Shown one piece after another: positions 1 through 12,496 of a stretch of 64,000 nucleotides of DNA. The notes under the pieces were generated by a model. It worked only from the letters and a program-made list of their open reading frames with translations. It was not told the origin of the DNA and searched no databases. The DNA is taken from NCBI RefSeq assembly GCF_963676685.1, contig NC_092345.1:88536001-88600000 (forward strand), read 5' to 3'. The position numbers were made by a program, and so were the translations under genes. How positions within the stretch are numbered: position 1 is the stretch's first letter; each line of letters starts with the position of its first letter. This DNA is from Mytilus edulis. Its lineage: Eukaryota.

Positions 1-238
1 ACAGATAAGGTAATAGGTAACAGGTGATTATACTATTGGTATCGGTATCAGACTCGACCCGGAACTTCCTTATTATTGGCAATATTAATTACGTGGAAAA
101 TAAAAGGGCCTGGAGTGGTGTAATTTTTAATCTACACCTTTGTACTATATTAGTTGTATATAAAGTTGAATTCTTTGATTCGTCCTTTTTACGTGATGAC
201 GGCTGACAAATTGGACCTCGTAATTTTAGTATTTTAGA
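1..238 (-). mobile_element. Probable 5' end of a non-autonomous Helitron-like repeat, truncated by the window edge
   Basis: Minus strand reads A|TCTAAAATACTAAAATTACGAGG, i.e. a 5'-TC start after host A, as in Helitron 5' termini. The 3' end is not visible. Confidence 0.35.
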
Positions 239-1441
239 TGTTATTAGAATTCAAGCTTTCTCATTGGCTTAGATCATTGTTTTTTAGTTCTATTTTTGGA
301 AATGTTACATGAGATTTATGAAACATTCCAATACTTTTCCCCCAACAGAATCAATGAAATCATTGTTACTACAGTTAAAAAAAACACCAAAGAATTACTC
401 TTTATATTGGTTATAAACATGAGTGGAAAATTGTTTTAACCTTAAATAGACTAAAGCTTAATAAAATGAAATATTCCCAAGTCTGTCCTTATGTCCATCT
501 CATTAAAGAATTATCAATTATGACCTTCATAAATATTTAATATCCAAAATTATTTAATCATGGAAAAGTTATTTCCTTGAGGTCTGTTAGACAAGGGAAA
601 AAATGGTCTTTCAAGATTTTATTATTTTGATATTAATTTTGCAATGTCAATTTATCAAAGACCCAAGACCTACAATGAAAATGTAAAACGAAGACCCAAA
701 ATTTCGACATAAATATTTCTACTGTAAGACGAGTGTAAATTTTATTGCAGACAATATTTTGAGATGTTTTTTTGCAAAATCTGATCAACATTACACAGAA
801 ACAAAATAAAACATAAGTTTATATGTCTGTTTTCTAGTAAATCAGGGAACATTTATGGGGATTTTTGTAATTTAGTTGAAATTTTTGACATTTTAAAAAT
901 TTGAAAACTGGTATTTGATAACAAAAAATACAAATGTTGGAATATCACTTTACCAATATATTAAAAAAGTTAACATTTTCAGCAAGATATAGACGATACA
1001 GAAATGAAGCAATATGATTGATTAATATACAAATATTTATCTTCTGTTAAAAATTACCCAAAAATTTCTTCATTCCATGTTTACATTGATCTACAAAAGT
1101 AGGGGCATTATGTTTTCCAGTCAGTGTGTCTGTCCCATTTCAGAATGAAGCTAAGTTTAAATTGTTTAGCAAGAATTCGTCTTCACATCAACCTGAAATT
1201 TGTTGCATATGTTAATCAAAATGTGAACTTTTAAAAATATGTGTGATTAGGGTTTTTTGTCCAGTTTTTGTTGCTAACTAGACATGGAAAATTGATATTG
1301 CAAGTATAGTATTCCATGGAAAGGTATTCTCTGATAAAATTTCCAGAAGGAGTGTTCTCCCCTGTGTTGACTCATCAAGAAGACTGAATAAAATGTCTTT
1401 GAATTGAAGAAACTTAGATATTGTGTTTTTGTCATTTTCAG

Positions 1442-1582
1442 TCTTCATTCGAATTCTCAGCTTGACATTAATATAAAGGGACACATGATACGAGATCTAT
1501 TTAACATTGCTGGATTCCGAATACCAGACAAGACAGATGTCTCACACAGCAGTGCTCCAGGAACAAGTGCTACAGAATTCAG
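1442..1582 (+). CDS. TTLL4: TTLL4 tubulin glutamylase, internal exon (end of TTL domain). In-window model: join(1442-1582,2493-2604,2975-3185,3686-3759,4540-4643,5513-5690); 5' part lies upstream of the window
   Basis: tttcag| acceptor and AG|gtaaac donor. Encodes SLHSNSQLDINIKGHMIRDLFNIAGFRIP, matching the TTLL4 segment SLHSSSPLDISIKGQMIRDLLNLAGF. Phases are consistent across all six exons. Confidence 0.9.
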
Positions 1583-2492
1583 GTAAACATACATGGCTAC
1601 AATATTAACACTAAATTTATTTTTTCATTTATCTATAGTTTGTTGAATAATTACATACTATGAAAATGAATGTTTGATATTATAATGAAGACATTAAATT
1701 AGCATTTGCTGATATTGTTTTAAGTAAAGGACATTCAGAGTAAAAAAATAGGCTTGTCAACTTGGAGTTCAAAACTACCTGTCTGGGATTAGATGGGAAA
1801 GACTTCCACCAAAAGTCCAGTGATTTGTTATGTCCTCATCAGGTCAGAGTGGGCATTAAGTTTTTAACTTTGTCCATATGTATGCCCTACGTCCTAAAAT
1901 TAGTTTCCATCCTCCAGCTTTAGTTTGCCTGTTATGAAAATTGTACCCAATGCATAGCACCGCTAAGCTCTGATTAATTTGGATATGGGTGGCGTCATTT
2001 TAAATATTCTAGAGTTATGTCCCATTCTTATTTTATTATACAACATTTGCCCTAAAACTCAGATGTAAAATGTACTCAAAGCACACCCTTTTATAATACA
2101 CAAGACCATCACTACTGGAAAAATAGCACTTTATATTGTGTAGAATGTGGTTACTTCATTTCTATTGAATCCACATAAGAATTGATTGCATTGTTCTATT
2201 ATTAAACCTAGAATATAATAGTGGAGGTGTTACAAATAAATATTCCATTATTATTCAAGTCATGTGGGTAACAACCACTCCTTTCTGGCCTGACCCTGTA
2301 TATAGTGAAGAAGATTTTCACTTATTTAAGAAGTGAATTGATTTTTATATTCCAAATGGGTGACCATTTTTGTATGAGGTTGACTTTCTGTCTTTCCATT
2401 GGTATAGGGTATTTGAGCATGTCCACTAAGATTGTTTTATTATATACTATATTATAGTAAAACAAGACTTTCAATTTATTTTTAATTTCCAG

Positions 2493-2604
2493 TTCATACC
2501 ATCCCCCAAATGATTACTGTATGGACAAACGACTGTTTACCCAACAGATGGCACCAGATGAGAGAGCCAAGCATGCCTTTTACTGCCAAAGACACCAAGA
2601 TGAT
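2493..2604 (+). CDS. TTLL4: TTLL4 exon (SYHPPNDYCMDKRLFTQQMAPDERAKHAFYCQRHQDD)
   Basis: tttccag| and |gtaagt; phase 2 in, phase 0 out; open frame. Confidence 0.85.
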
Positions 2605-2974
2605 GTAAGTTGTGTGATAAGAATATGTAACCATATATAGGTCATCATGTCTCCTCCACACTATCACAATTCCATGAACAGATCTAGAGAACTGTAATTA
2701 ATTAACAAGTTTCTAGTTGTTGTGACCATAAACTACCTTAAATCCAAACTTCAACCTTAACTCACACATAGTACTGAAACATAATGCCCCTCTACTATTG
2801 TAGGCAGTCAAGAAAATATTTCATGTTCAATGTTGAATTGTGTTTGAGAGACTGAAGTAGAGATATTTTATTTCTTGCATATTTGAAATATCAAGGTGAT
2901 AGTCTAGTTGAGGATAGGTAAAAAAAGTTTAAAACAAGAAAAAATAACTCTTTGGAAATTTATTTACATTTCAG

Positions 2975-3185
2975 CAAACTCTACAAACAATGTTAGATGT
3001 TTTAACACCAGATGACATGAGAGTGCTGATTGAGAGTATAGACGAAGACAGTCGGAAAGGGGGTTTCCAGAGGGTATTCCCCACACCTAGTACTCACAAA
3101 TACCTACGATTCTTTGAATCAGCCAGGTATTATAATTTACTGTTGGATCAGTGGGTGCAGAGATTTAACAGAATGGAACAGAAAG
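2975..3185 (+). CDS. TTLL4: TTLL4 exon (LDVLTPDDMRVLIESIDEDSRKGGFQRVFP...YLRFFESARYYNLL)
   Basis: tttcag| and G|gtatt. Strong match to the TTLL4 LDVLTPDDVRIL...RRGQFERIFP...YLRFFEQPRYFN region. Confidence 0.92.
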
Positions 3186-3685
3186 GTATTATTATGGCCT
3201 GGTTACATTACACAATCAGACAAAAAACAATGTAAAATGAGGAGATATGGTCAGATTGGCAATGTGACACTTATAATAAAGTAAAGAAAAAAACTGTCAT
3301 CATGTTTTGAAAGAAAACATTGTCATTAAACATATCCAAAGAATTCAATTTATATTTGTATGTCTGATTATTTATTGTTTTAGAATCATAATTTATATCA
3401 GTTCTAACCTAAATATTGTGAATTATAAAGTATCTTGTATAGGGTAGAATAGCATAGAATAGAATATTTTCATTTACCAACTTAGGGCCCTAGGAGGGCA
3501 TATAGCATACAAACAATTTTATTATAAACGATAATATATGTATATAAATGTTAATAAACAAGAAAACAACATTTTACAGTACTATTTGATATAATTTTCA
3601 TTGGTGCAGATGTGATACATTGTAATCTGTTTGAACATATGCCTTATAAAATTTTCACCTGAAATATTGTCAATAATTGTTTCAG

Positions 3686-3759
3686 GTATACTTATTCTGG
3701 AATCATTTTGTGAAGAAGGTGTTCATTTAGAAAACCCATCATCTAGTCCTCATCATCAG
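3686..3759 (+). CDS. TTLL4: TTLL4 exon (GILILESFCEEGVHLENPSSSPHHQ)
   Basis: tttcag| and CAG|gtaaat; phase 1 in, phase 0 out. Confidence 0.85.
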
Positions 3760-4539
3760 GTAAATATAGACAGTTCTACATTGTTTACTGACTAGGGGAA
3801 AGTTGTTATTAGTTTGGTGTTAGTCTTCAGTGTACACAGAATAAAAATCAGAGTCTTATTACATTCATTTGATCACCCATAATTTTAGAATCTTTAAAAA
3901 AAATCATCTCCAAAACCTGTAGCTCAGTTAAAAACAAACATCATTACATTCATTCCATTGCTATCTTACATTGAAATGTGTAGTTATTTTCCTCTCATTC
4001 AACCAATATAGGCAGGTGTCAAACTTGAGCTGTTAACCTTTGGATTAACGATAATTTAAGATCATCTATGAGAATATATCTTATAAGCCTAAACTCTGGT
4101 CTTAAACAGTTAAACAGATTATTCCATGATGATGGGCATCATTTGGTATCTATGGCAATTTGTATAAACAATGGGTTATTTCAACTACAAAAATTACCAT
4201 TGTATTACAAGTATGTTAGAAGGTATAAAAATGATTTCCATATGTTTATAAACCAAATATTATCTTTAACCTAAAAGGGATTACAACTAATTATTGACAC
4301 AACTTTGAGCTTCATTGCTGCAAAACAGTTCTACTGGCTCAGTTATTGAAATAACTTGCTACAAATGATAATTTCAGAGTATGATTCCTGATTCCTGAAA
4401 TGAGTTTATATACAGGGTTATATGGTTTTAAAATGCATTTGCTTTTAATGGTAATAAACTTTATGATAGCACCAAAGTATATTTAAGTAAAGTCTGTTGC
4501 ATAAAATAAATGTAATAGTATAGAAACCTCTTATTGTAG

Positions 4540-4643
4540 TGGAGTTCTCCCAATAGTCTTAACAGTCATAGAGATCTTAGAATGCAGAGTGCTCCATTGT
4601 CAAAACATGCAGAGAGTAAGGACCCAAAGTCAGTAAAACACAG
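4540..4643 (+). CDS. TTLL4: TTLL4 exon (WSSPNSLNSHRDLRMQSAPLSKHAESKDPKSVKH)
   Basis: ttgtag| and CAG|gtacgg; phase 0 in, phase 2 out, which fits the next exon. Confidence 0.75.
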
Positions 4644-5512
4644 GTACGGAGTTCTTAGATCTCAATCCTGGCCATTGATATTTGATGCCAATGAGGAGGA
4701 TTATTTGTTAGACATGGATGAGGAGGAGGTTTTATGATGTCTTTATTGGACAATTTTAGTGATTTATGATTATAAAACACAATTTGATATACAATGATGC
4801 TTTGATACGGCTGTCCAAAATAAATGAGTTATTTATATATTATTGAACAAAGACTGCTGATTTGATACACATCCATTTTACAAAACTTATCAGTAAAAAT
4901 TGTTTTTACTTATTTTGGGATTTAGGATTTAGAATAACTCTTCCTCTGAATCTGATGTAAATAAAAAATTGGGGAGAGAGAAATCTCTTTTGTATGTCAA
5001 CAGATTTGAGGAAGCATTAATGGTTAACATTATAATAGCATTGTAGGGTTGGGGTATCCCTTTTTCAGTTTACTCATAGTTTTAAGTTTTATTTTCATTC
5101 ATCTTTTCCAGACATTTGTTTTAGAATTTATAACACTAAATTTTCAAGATCAATGATCAAACAAGAAAAAAAATTACAATGAAATTTAGAGATAAAAGTA
5201 TTGTAGTATTTTGAAACGTATCACCTTTATTTATGTAAATAGAGAACAAATACTCTAGAGAAAAAAAATGGTTCAACCGTCCATCCTTTCTTCCAAAAAA
5301 CAAAACCAAAATAGCTCAAATTGAACATCAAAATCAAAAGAATATTTGTCAAAAGTTTCAGCATATATTTTGTTGTAAACCTGTTCTAATTCACACTTAC
5401 AAGCTGTTGTAAAACCTTATCCACTTGTTATTGTCTTTATACTATATGTTTATTTTCATTTTCTTGTCAACTTGTTATTGTTTTTATACTATATATTTAT
5501 TATTATTTTCAG

Positions 5513-5690
5513 TGCTTCATCCTCACAGCTGCCAAAAGTTTCTAAAAAGCCTCCCAAGGCACCAGTGCATGCATCCAGTCACACTTCACAAAATGGTTCT
5601 GTGTCACTCAGCACAACCCCGTCTCCCTCATATGCCCAGTCACCTGCGCCTAGTTACGCAAACGCTAAAGTGACCGTCAATCCAAGATGA
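5513..5690 (+). CDS. TTLL4: TTLL4 last coding exon (Ser/Pro-rich tail ending NAKVTVNPR-TGA)
   Basis: Polypyrimidine tttttcag| acceptor, phase 2; TGA at 5688-5690. Confidence 0.75.
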
Positions 5691-8600
5691 CTGGCGGTCC
5701 GCCTGCCCCCACTTAAAGATATATTTAATGGAAGCTTGCCCATGTTCACCTCACGTCGTTATCAGCGCCAAGTCAAGTCAACGACAGTCTCTCGTAGTAC
5801 TGAATCTGGTGCTCGCAGTGTAGACCCAAGCGAGACTAGAAAAGAAGGAAGGAAATTTCTAGCTAAGAAATTTGAAGACTATTTCTATTGACTGTCAGAG
5901 ATAACAGTTGGCTGGTTCACACCTCATGTTGACCTTGTCATTATTGACCTTGTCATTGTTCACATTTTAGTTTGTCCTTTTTATGTGTATTTATTTTTTC
6001 CACTATTTCCCACATGTTACTGTTGTATTGTTATGAGAAAAGACTTTACAGATCAAAACATCTGGTCAAGGATTATAATAAATACTAAATTGAATAAAAT
6101 TATATTGAATAAGCATCTTATCTTCAGTGTAACCATCAAACACAAGTTAAGTGAAGCTGATATGAATATTTTTTCTAAAGAAGATGCTATTTTTATGAAA
6201 ATTGGCCAACATGTAGGTACTTTTACTAAATCACTTTTAAAGTGTCATTTATATAAAAATGTTATTACATTTAGTATAATTTTATTGAAAATTAGACTTA
6301 ATTATGACCTATACTCCCTGTATTTATACAATATGCAATATTCTTTACAGACTTCAATGAAAAAAAAAGATAAGATATTTCAACAATAAAATCCATTTAA
6401 CTGAAGACTACAAAACATTTATTAAGTGTAATTTGGAAAACAATGGAATTTTCACTTTTACAAAAATTTATTTGATATATAATTCCAACTGTCTAACTAT
6501 TGATTCATAAGAATGACTTGACAGTGTATTTACTAAGTGAAGTCTTTTCCCATTGAGTACAGTATTATCATTATGTCAGTGTTAAATATATATAATGTAT
6601 TGTGATGCTCAGCACACAATAATACAACTATCTGGTGCAGTATGAATGAGTGAAGAAAGTTTATTGTCCTGTATTTAAACACATTTTATAGGTATGGCCT
6701 TAGAATGACACTGATTAGGTATATATATATTCTCAGGGTTAATAACAAATGCTATCATTCCAAATTGTATTTAAAATTTACATGATTAAATAAGAAAAGT
6801 TTGCTCAACTTAATGACACACAATAAACTTTTTGTTTCGTTCTTTTAAAAGTTGGATAAAACTGCATTCTAGCAAAGAGTGAAGTCTCTCAGCAGAAATT
6901 TTTAATCATGAGCAGTCATAAATTTCTCCTTGATTTTTTTTATGAATAGCCTACAAAAGGTTAGGTTTTATGCTACATCTACAATAGAAGGGGGCATTAT
7001 TTTTTCTGGTCTGTGCACCCTTTTTTAAAATTCAAGACAATTTACACAAGTAATAAATTTTGGTCACCTTGAAATCTTGTACATGCCTTCAATATGTTTA
7101 GAACCTTTTGAAAATATAAAATAAATCAAATCATATTTCCTTTTTTCTTTCTTTTGGTATGATGATGTTGAGCTAATAAACCTTGATTTCTTTTATTTGC
7201 ATGATTCTTGTACTTATTAATTGGCAAACTAACTTACGAATAGAGAAAAATGGCCTAAAAAAAAGACCGTCTTATCTTTGCACCATGACCCAAAAGATCT
7301 AAACCTAAATATCCTAAAGTTAAAAGGAAGAAAACAGATTTTGAGTTAGTCTATCAGTATTTATGAGAAAATGAATAAAATTTGAGTTATCTTTCTTTGT
7401 GTTCAGAGGTGCTCTTACCAGCGGAGGCTTATACACAGTAGAAGTAAATACAAAATGGCGTCAAGTTAAATCAGAACTGGACGGAAACATTTCTAATTTC
7501 AAAAATTTTAACGGATTTCAAGATAAACGTTGTTTTCTAAAGAGTTCATAACAGTTTTCGTCCTTCAGTTAATTACGATTTTGTTTTCATGAAACTACGG
7601 TAAACGTTGCAAATTTTGATCATACGATAAATTGATTAAAATAGAAAAGCCGACTGACCGATTCTGTTAACAAATTAATTAATTTTGAGGATAGTTATGA
7701 TCCATCAGATAAGCAGATTACCTGTAACAACAAATTATGACACCTGTTTTGACTGTTGATTAGCACAGGGAAGTAAACCTGTCATGATAATGCCGCCAGG
7801 TAATATTATAGATTTATAGAAATTGATCAGAAAAAATTCAAAATCGGTAACCAATAATTTGTTCAGGTAAATTTTGTGAAAATCAGGATTTTGACTTGTT
7901 TTATGATCACGATATCAGGATTCTGGTTGAGGCATGAAAATCAGGATGATACCGCTAAAATTGGGATAGTTGTCAGGTCTGAACTAAGATTTTGACCCTA
8001 ATTTTGTAGTTCACTGAACAATAAAATTTGAAGATGTAATCAGGGTATGCTGTCCTCAAGATACATATTCTTGTAAAAGATCAGATAACAGATGTATTAA
8101 ACAAAAAAAGCATTTATTTTGTTGTCAAACATTTTCTTGGTTTTTGCCAAATTTATACATAAGTTAATATCTCTTTCTTCCTGATAATTATTATACCATT
8201 TTTTAACGGAATTCAAATTGGTAAGTCTTTCAGTAAATGGTGTTTTATAACTTTGAATCTCTTGTTTGTTTGGTCTTATTAAATCTCCAGGGCTCCATCA
8301 TCATGTCACCTGATTTAGGAATATAATCTATCTCCTGATACAAAAGTTTTTGGAAGTGTTTTATTGAATGAAGATGTAGAAATGTTTAGATGATAATTTA
8401 TTTGTAAATAAATTCTGTTCATGAATGCTATGGAGACTGAATGGATGAATGTTTGAAGAATTCTTGTATTATATGAATAAATGAAGGATTGTAGATTGTA
8501 GAGAGTAAGAAGAGTGGGTGTGTTTACTCACCCCAGTAATGATTTAGGTCATGTTGAAGTTGATGTAAATTTTGTACATATATTTTACTGTTTTAATATG

Positions 8601-10369
8601 GATTGTACACCAGAAATGGGACCAAGTGCATTTCAAAAGAATTTTACCGCAACATGCTGTTACTAATTGATTGTTTATAAAGTATCACTTAATGCATATC
8701 TTATTTTGTTTTATAAAAACTTCTGAACCTCAGTTTTTTTTTTCAATACATTTATTGTATGAAAGTGGCAAAGTAAAACAATATTATGACACATACTGCT
8801 GTTTAACATTATGTGACATCCTTACACCTTTATGCATCATTTAGCTATAGTTTAGAGATTAGTAACAACTTTTAATGGTCAAATAAGAGCAATCTGCTTT
8901 AGTTTGGAGGAAAAGTACTTATCTCATATTAATGTAATGTATTGAAGAAAGAAATGTATTGGAATAAACACACTATGTCATCACTATCTGTTATAACCTT
9001 TGTCCTCTGACCCTGTTATGACCTTTGTCAGTTTTTTTGTTGTTTTTTTTTAATTTGGGAATCAAAATTGTTCAATAATTTGGTAAAATTTGGATTATGA
9101 AGAATAATATAAAAAAAATGGTACAAAATTATGTTTCAGTGTTACTTAAAGCTTGTCAAGAATTAATCATTCCTACCAGAGTTCAAAGTTATGTCAAACA
9201 TTCCCCTCTTAAACTGCAGCACACTGATATTTTTATGTTGTTGATGTTATTTTATTTACATATTTTTAATGGTATATGTATTCATGTTTACATCATTTTA
9301 TTAATCTGTTACTTTTAAGGTGCTATATCTAGAATAGTTGTCCATTTGTTTTATATATGTATCATTACTACACACAACACATTCACATAAATTTGGGCAC
9401 ACAATTCCATCAAATATGTTTGGGGACAGGCGGGTATAAAACTAGCTAAAGAAGTTAGCAATTTGAGTTTTTCTGTTGTATATTTTTGTTTATTTGTAAT
9501 ACCTTTGATATGTAGAATTAGGGAATTAATCAAACTTCAGGGTTTTTAAGAACAGGGTTCAAATTGTACTGCTGTTATTTGTTACTAATTATTGTTTGAG
9601 ATATCAGGTAGCTAGTTTGACGATTCAGGTTAAAATGATAAAAGAATATTTTCATTTTTCAAAATACTGTTTCAAAGATTTTTTCTAGGTTACTTTTAAC
9701 CATGAATTAGTAATGACATTGTAAAATTAAAAAAAAAAAATAAGAAAATTAATGTTAATTATTAGCTGAAGAGATTTTTTAAATGTTTTGTTTTAGTATG
9801 TAACTGAGTTGTAGATAGATATTATTTATTACATCACTTTATTTATTTGCAATGGCCAAGTAAACTAAATATGTAGATTTTTGTCATCTGTGTAAACAAT
9901 AGTTTTGGTATAAAGATTTTTTTTTTCAAGTCCAGCAGACAAGTAATATCTACCACAATATGTGTATGAGTAAAAGTGACCAAAACAATAGAAATTTAAC
10001 ACTCAAAAAAGATAGTCTCATCTTCTGATAGTATATAGGAATTAGACTGGAATGATTATCTACTATTGAGATTTATTTGGCCACATAATTTACAATATTA
10101 TTTGCTTTTAGATGATAGACCAAAGATGAGAATAAAGTTGTGATAAGTATGTCAGTACAACTTGTATTATACAGTATGTTAGTACAACTGGTATTATACA
10201 GTATGTTAGTACAATTCGCATGTATACAGTGTACTTAAAGAATTTCTGTGATAATATTGTGTTCTTAGCAATCATGCAAAGTATTCTTGAGTATAGATAG
10301 TAATCTTTCTGATGTAAGCATACATATGATTGGGCAGTAATATTCCAAATGTAAGCATAGAAATGTATG

Positions 10370-10475
10370 AAATGATTGGATAGAACTATTTTTATGAAAG
10401 CCTAGATATGATTGGATAGAACTGTTCTTATGAAAGCCTAGATATGATTGGATAGAACTGTTCTTATGAAAGCCT
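10370..10475. repeat. Short tandem repeat, ~36-bp unit, ~3 copies
   Basis: gatatgattggatagaactgttcttatgaaagccta repeated. Confidence 0.8.
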
Positions 10476-12132
10476 TTTTACTTTTAGACATCAAATTCTT
10501 TTTAAAGGTTTATTATCCTTTCATTGTTCTAGAAGCTTCTGTGATATAATGTACAACCTGATCACTAGGAGTGTTTTAGTTCGAGAAAGAAGAATGATAA
10601 GAGCAATTTATTTGCCCCTGATATTGAAAAAAAAAGGAAAATTCGGTCATTTCTTTTTAAAATTCGATGATGTTACTGATAAACAGATGTCCTTTTTCAG
10701 ATGTTATTTGGTTACTTTGGTGCAGAAATATTATTTGTGTACATATAAAAATTTTTGGCAAAATTAAAAATGAACAACTGCCTCCCCTAAAAGAAATTAT
10801 ATCCACATCAACTTCCATGCTTTAGGTAAATTTTGGCAAACTATCCAAAATGAGGTAATTTTCATAGTTTTTCTTTACAATTTTTTGTTGTTGTTGAGAT
10901 TTGAAGCAAATATGTAAGACTAAATTTAAAAGATATTAAATTAAACAAAAATAAAATTTCTCAAATAAATGTAACTTCCATGATCTTCCATGACTGCACA
11001 TGCAATCCATGACAACAATGTGGAGGAATATAAAAAGAAATGCTTTAATTACCTCATCAAATACTGGTGTTCGAAATGTTTCCAAAGGATACAAATTTTA
11101 CTAGTTCAAATATTTACAAGGAACAATCTTAGATGCTCGTGCTTAGATGTAAGAGGCAATTTCTAACCTCCTGAAACCAAACTTCTTACTTAAGCGTTTG
11201 GATTCTTAAATATAAGGTAACTCAAACATTGTTTTTAATGAATTATGCAGTGTATTCTCTATTACTTTCGTTTGTTCTGTGTGAGATTATTGAGGAATAA
11301 TGTTTAAGTCTATGCTAGATCATTTGCAAGAAAGATTTTCAAAAATGAGAACTATAGAATTATCACTTTATCCTGGATAGCTTCTTGGATGCATTACTAC
11401 TAAGTCTTTTTATCTGCTCTGGTTTTGTGCTATGAAAATGTTAATATATTTGAATGATTCATTGAAACATCTATGTAAAGATTTTACTGTTACTTAAGAT
11501 AGAAAGGAGTTATGCATAATTTGTAAGTTATCAAAATACACATGTTTTTGAGATTCTGACAGAAATTATCGCAGAAAGAAGAGCTTGCCAGTTTATAAGC
11601 TATGTCAATATAATTTATACCTTGAACTATGACTCTGTCATATTGTGATTAGCTAGTCATGACATATAATAGATTGTTTTGCAAAACAACTGTTATAAAT
11701 TTTCAGATCAATCTTAATGTCAATTTAAAAAAAACATAAATTAAAGTTGATTTTTAATGTAGAAATTTGCATTTTAGAATATCAATAATTTATTTTTTTC
11801 ATTGCGACTTTTTAAAGTCGTGAATGAAAGCAGTAAGGTTTTTATACTGTTAAGGATTTGATCTTAGAAATTAAATGATAACTCAGTGTTAGTGCCAATA
11901 TATACATGAATTATCAATCTAGTTATTAAATAAAATATTCAGTACACCTAGACTTTGTTTTCTCTGCTTGACTAATAGTATTGATGAAGCAATGCAATTA
12001 TGAGTTTTATTATCTGTGGTTAGAAAACATAAAAATAAGATGCGGTATGCTTGCAAACAAGACAAGTCTCCTCCACCGACTTTTAATGTATTACTTGCCA
12101 CTATGAGTTAAGCTATTATTGGTTACTTATTG

Positions 12133-12280
12133 AACACTGAGGCATACTGGTCCACTCTTGTTTCCTACAACACTGTGGCATACTGGTCCACTCATGTTTC
12201 TTCCAACACTGATGCATACTAGTCCACTCATGTTTCCTACAACACTGAGGCATACTAGTCCACTCATGTTTCCTCCAACA
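12133..12280. repeat. Minisatellite, ~37-bp unit, ~4 copies
   Basis: caacactgaggcatactggtccactcatgtttcctac repeated with substitutions. Confidence 0.85.
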
Positions 12281-12496
12281 TTTAATTTAAATAAAAATGT
12301 GGGTAATTCGTCCCTATTATGCAGTTAAAAATGTTGGGACCATATACTGTTAGTTTGTTTCATGTTGTGCTGTTACACTACTGTGCCAGGATAGAGAGGT
12401 TTGAGTGCTTACCAGAGCTTACAAGTGTTTAACAGGCCACATTTGATATCCACCTTGTCCCAAGTTTGAAGCCTGTATTTCAGTGGTTGTCATTGT

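Noticed and set aside
5688-5690. TTLL4 TGA as selenocysteine
   Set aside because: Not at a Cys/redox motif and no SECIS recognised downstream; ordinary readthrough is the simpler hypothesis.
5985-6389. 134-aa ORF as an independent gene
   Set aside because: AT-rich UTR-like composition, GTG start and no recognisable motif. Noted only as the frame continuing after the second TGA-CTG.
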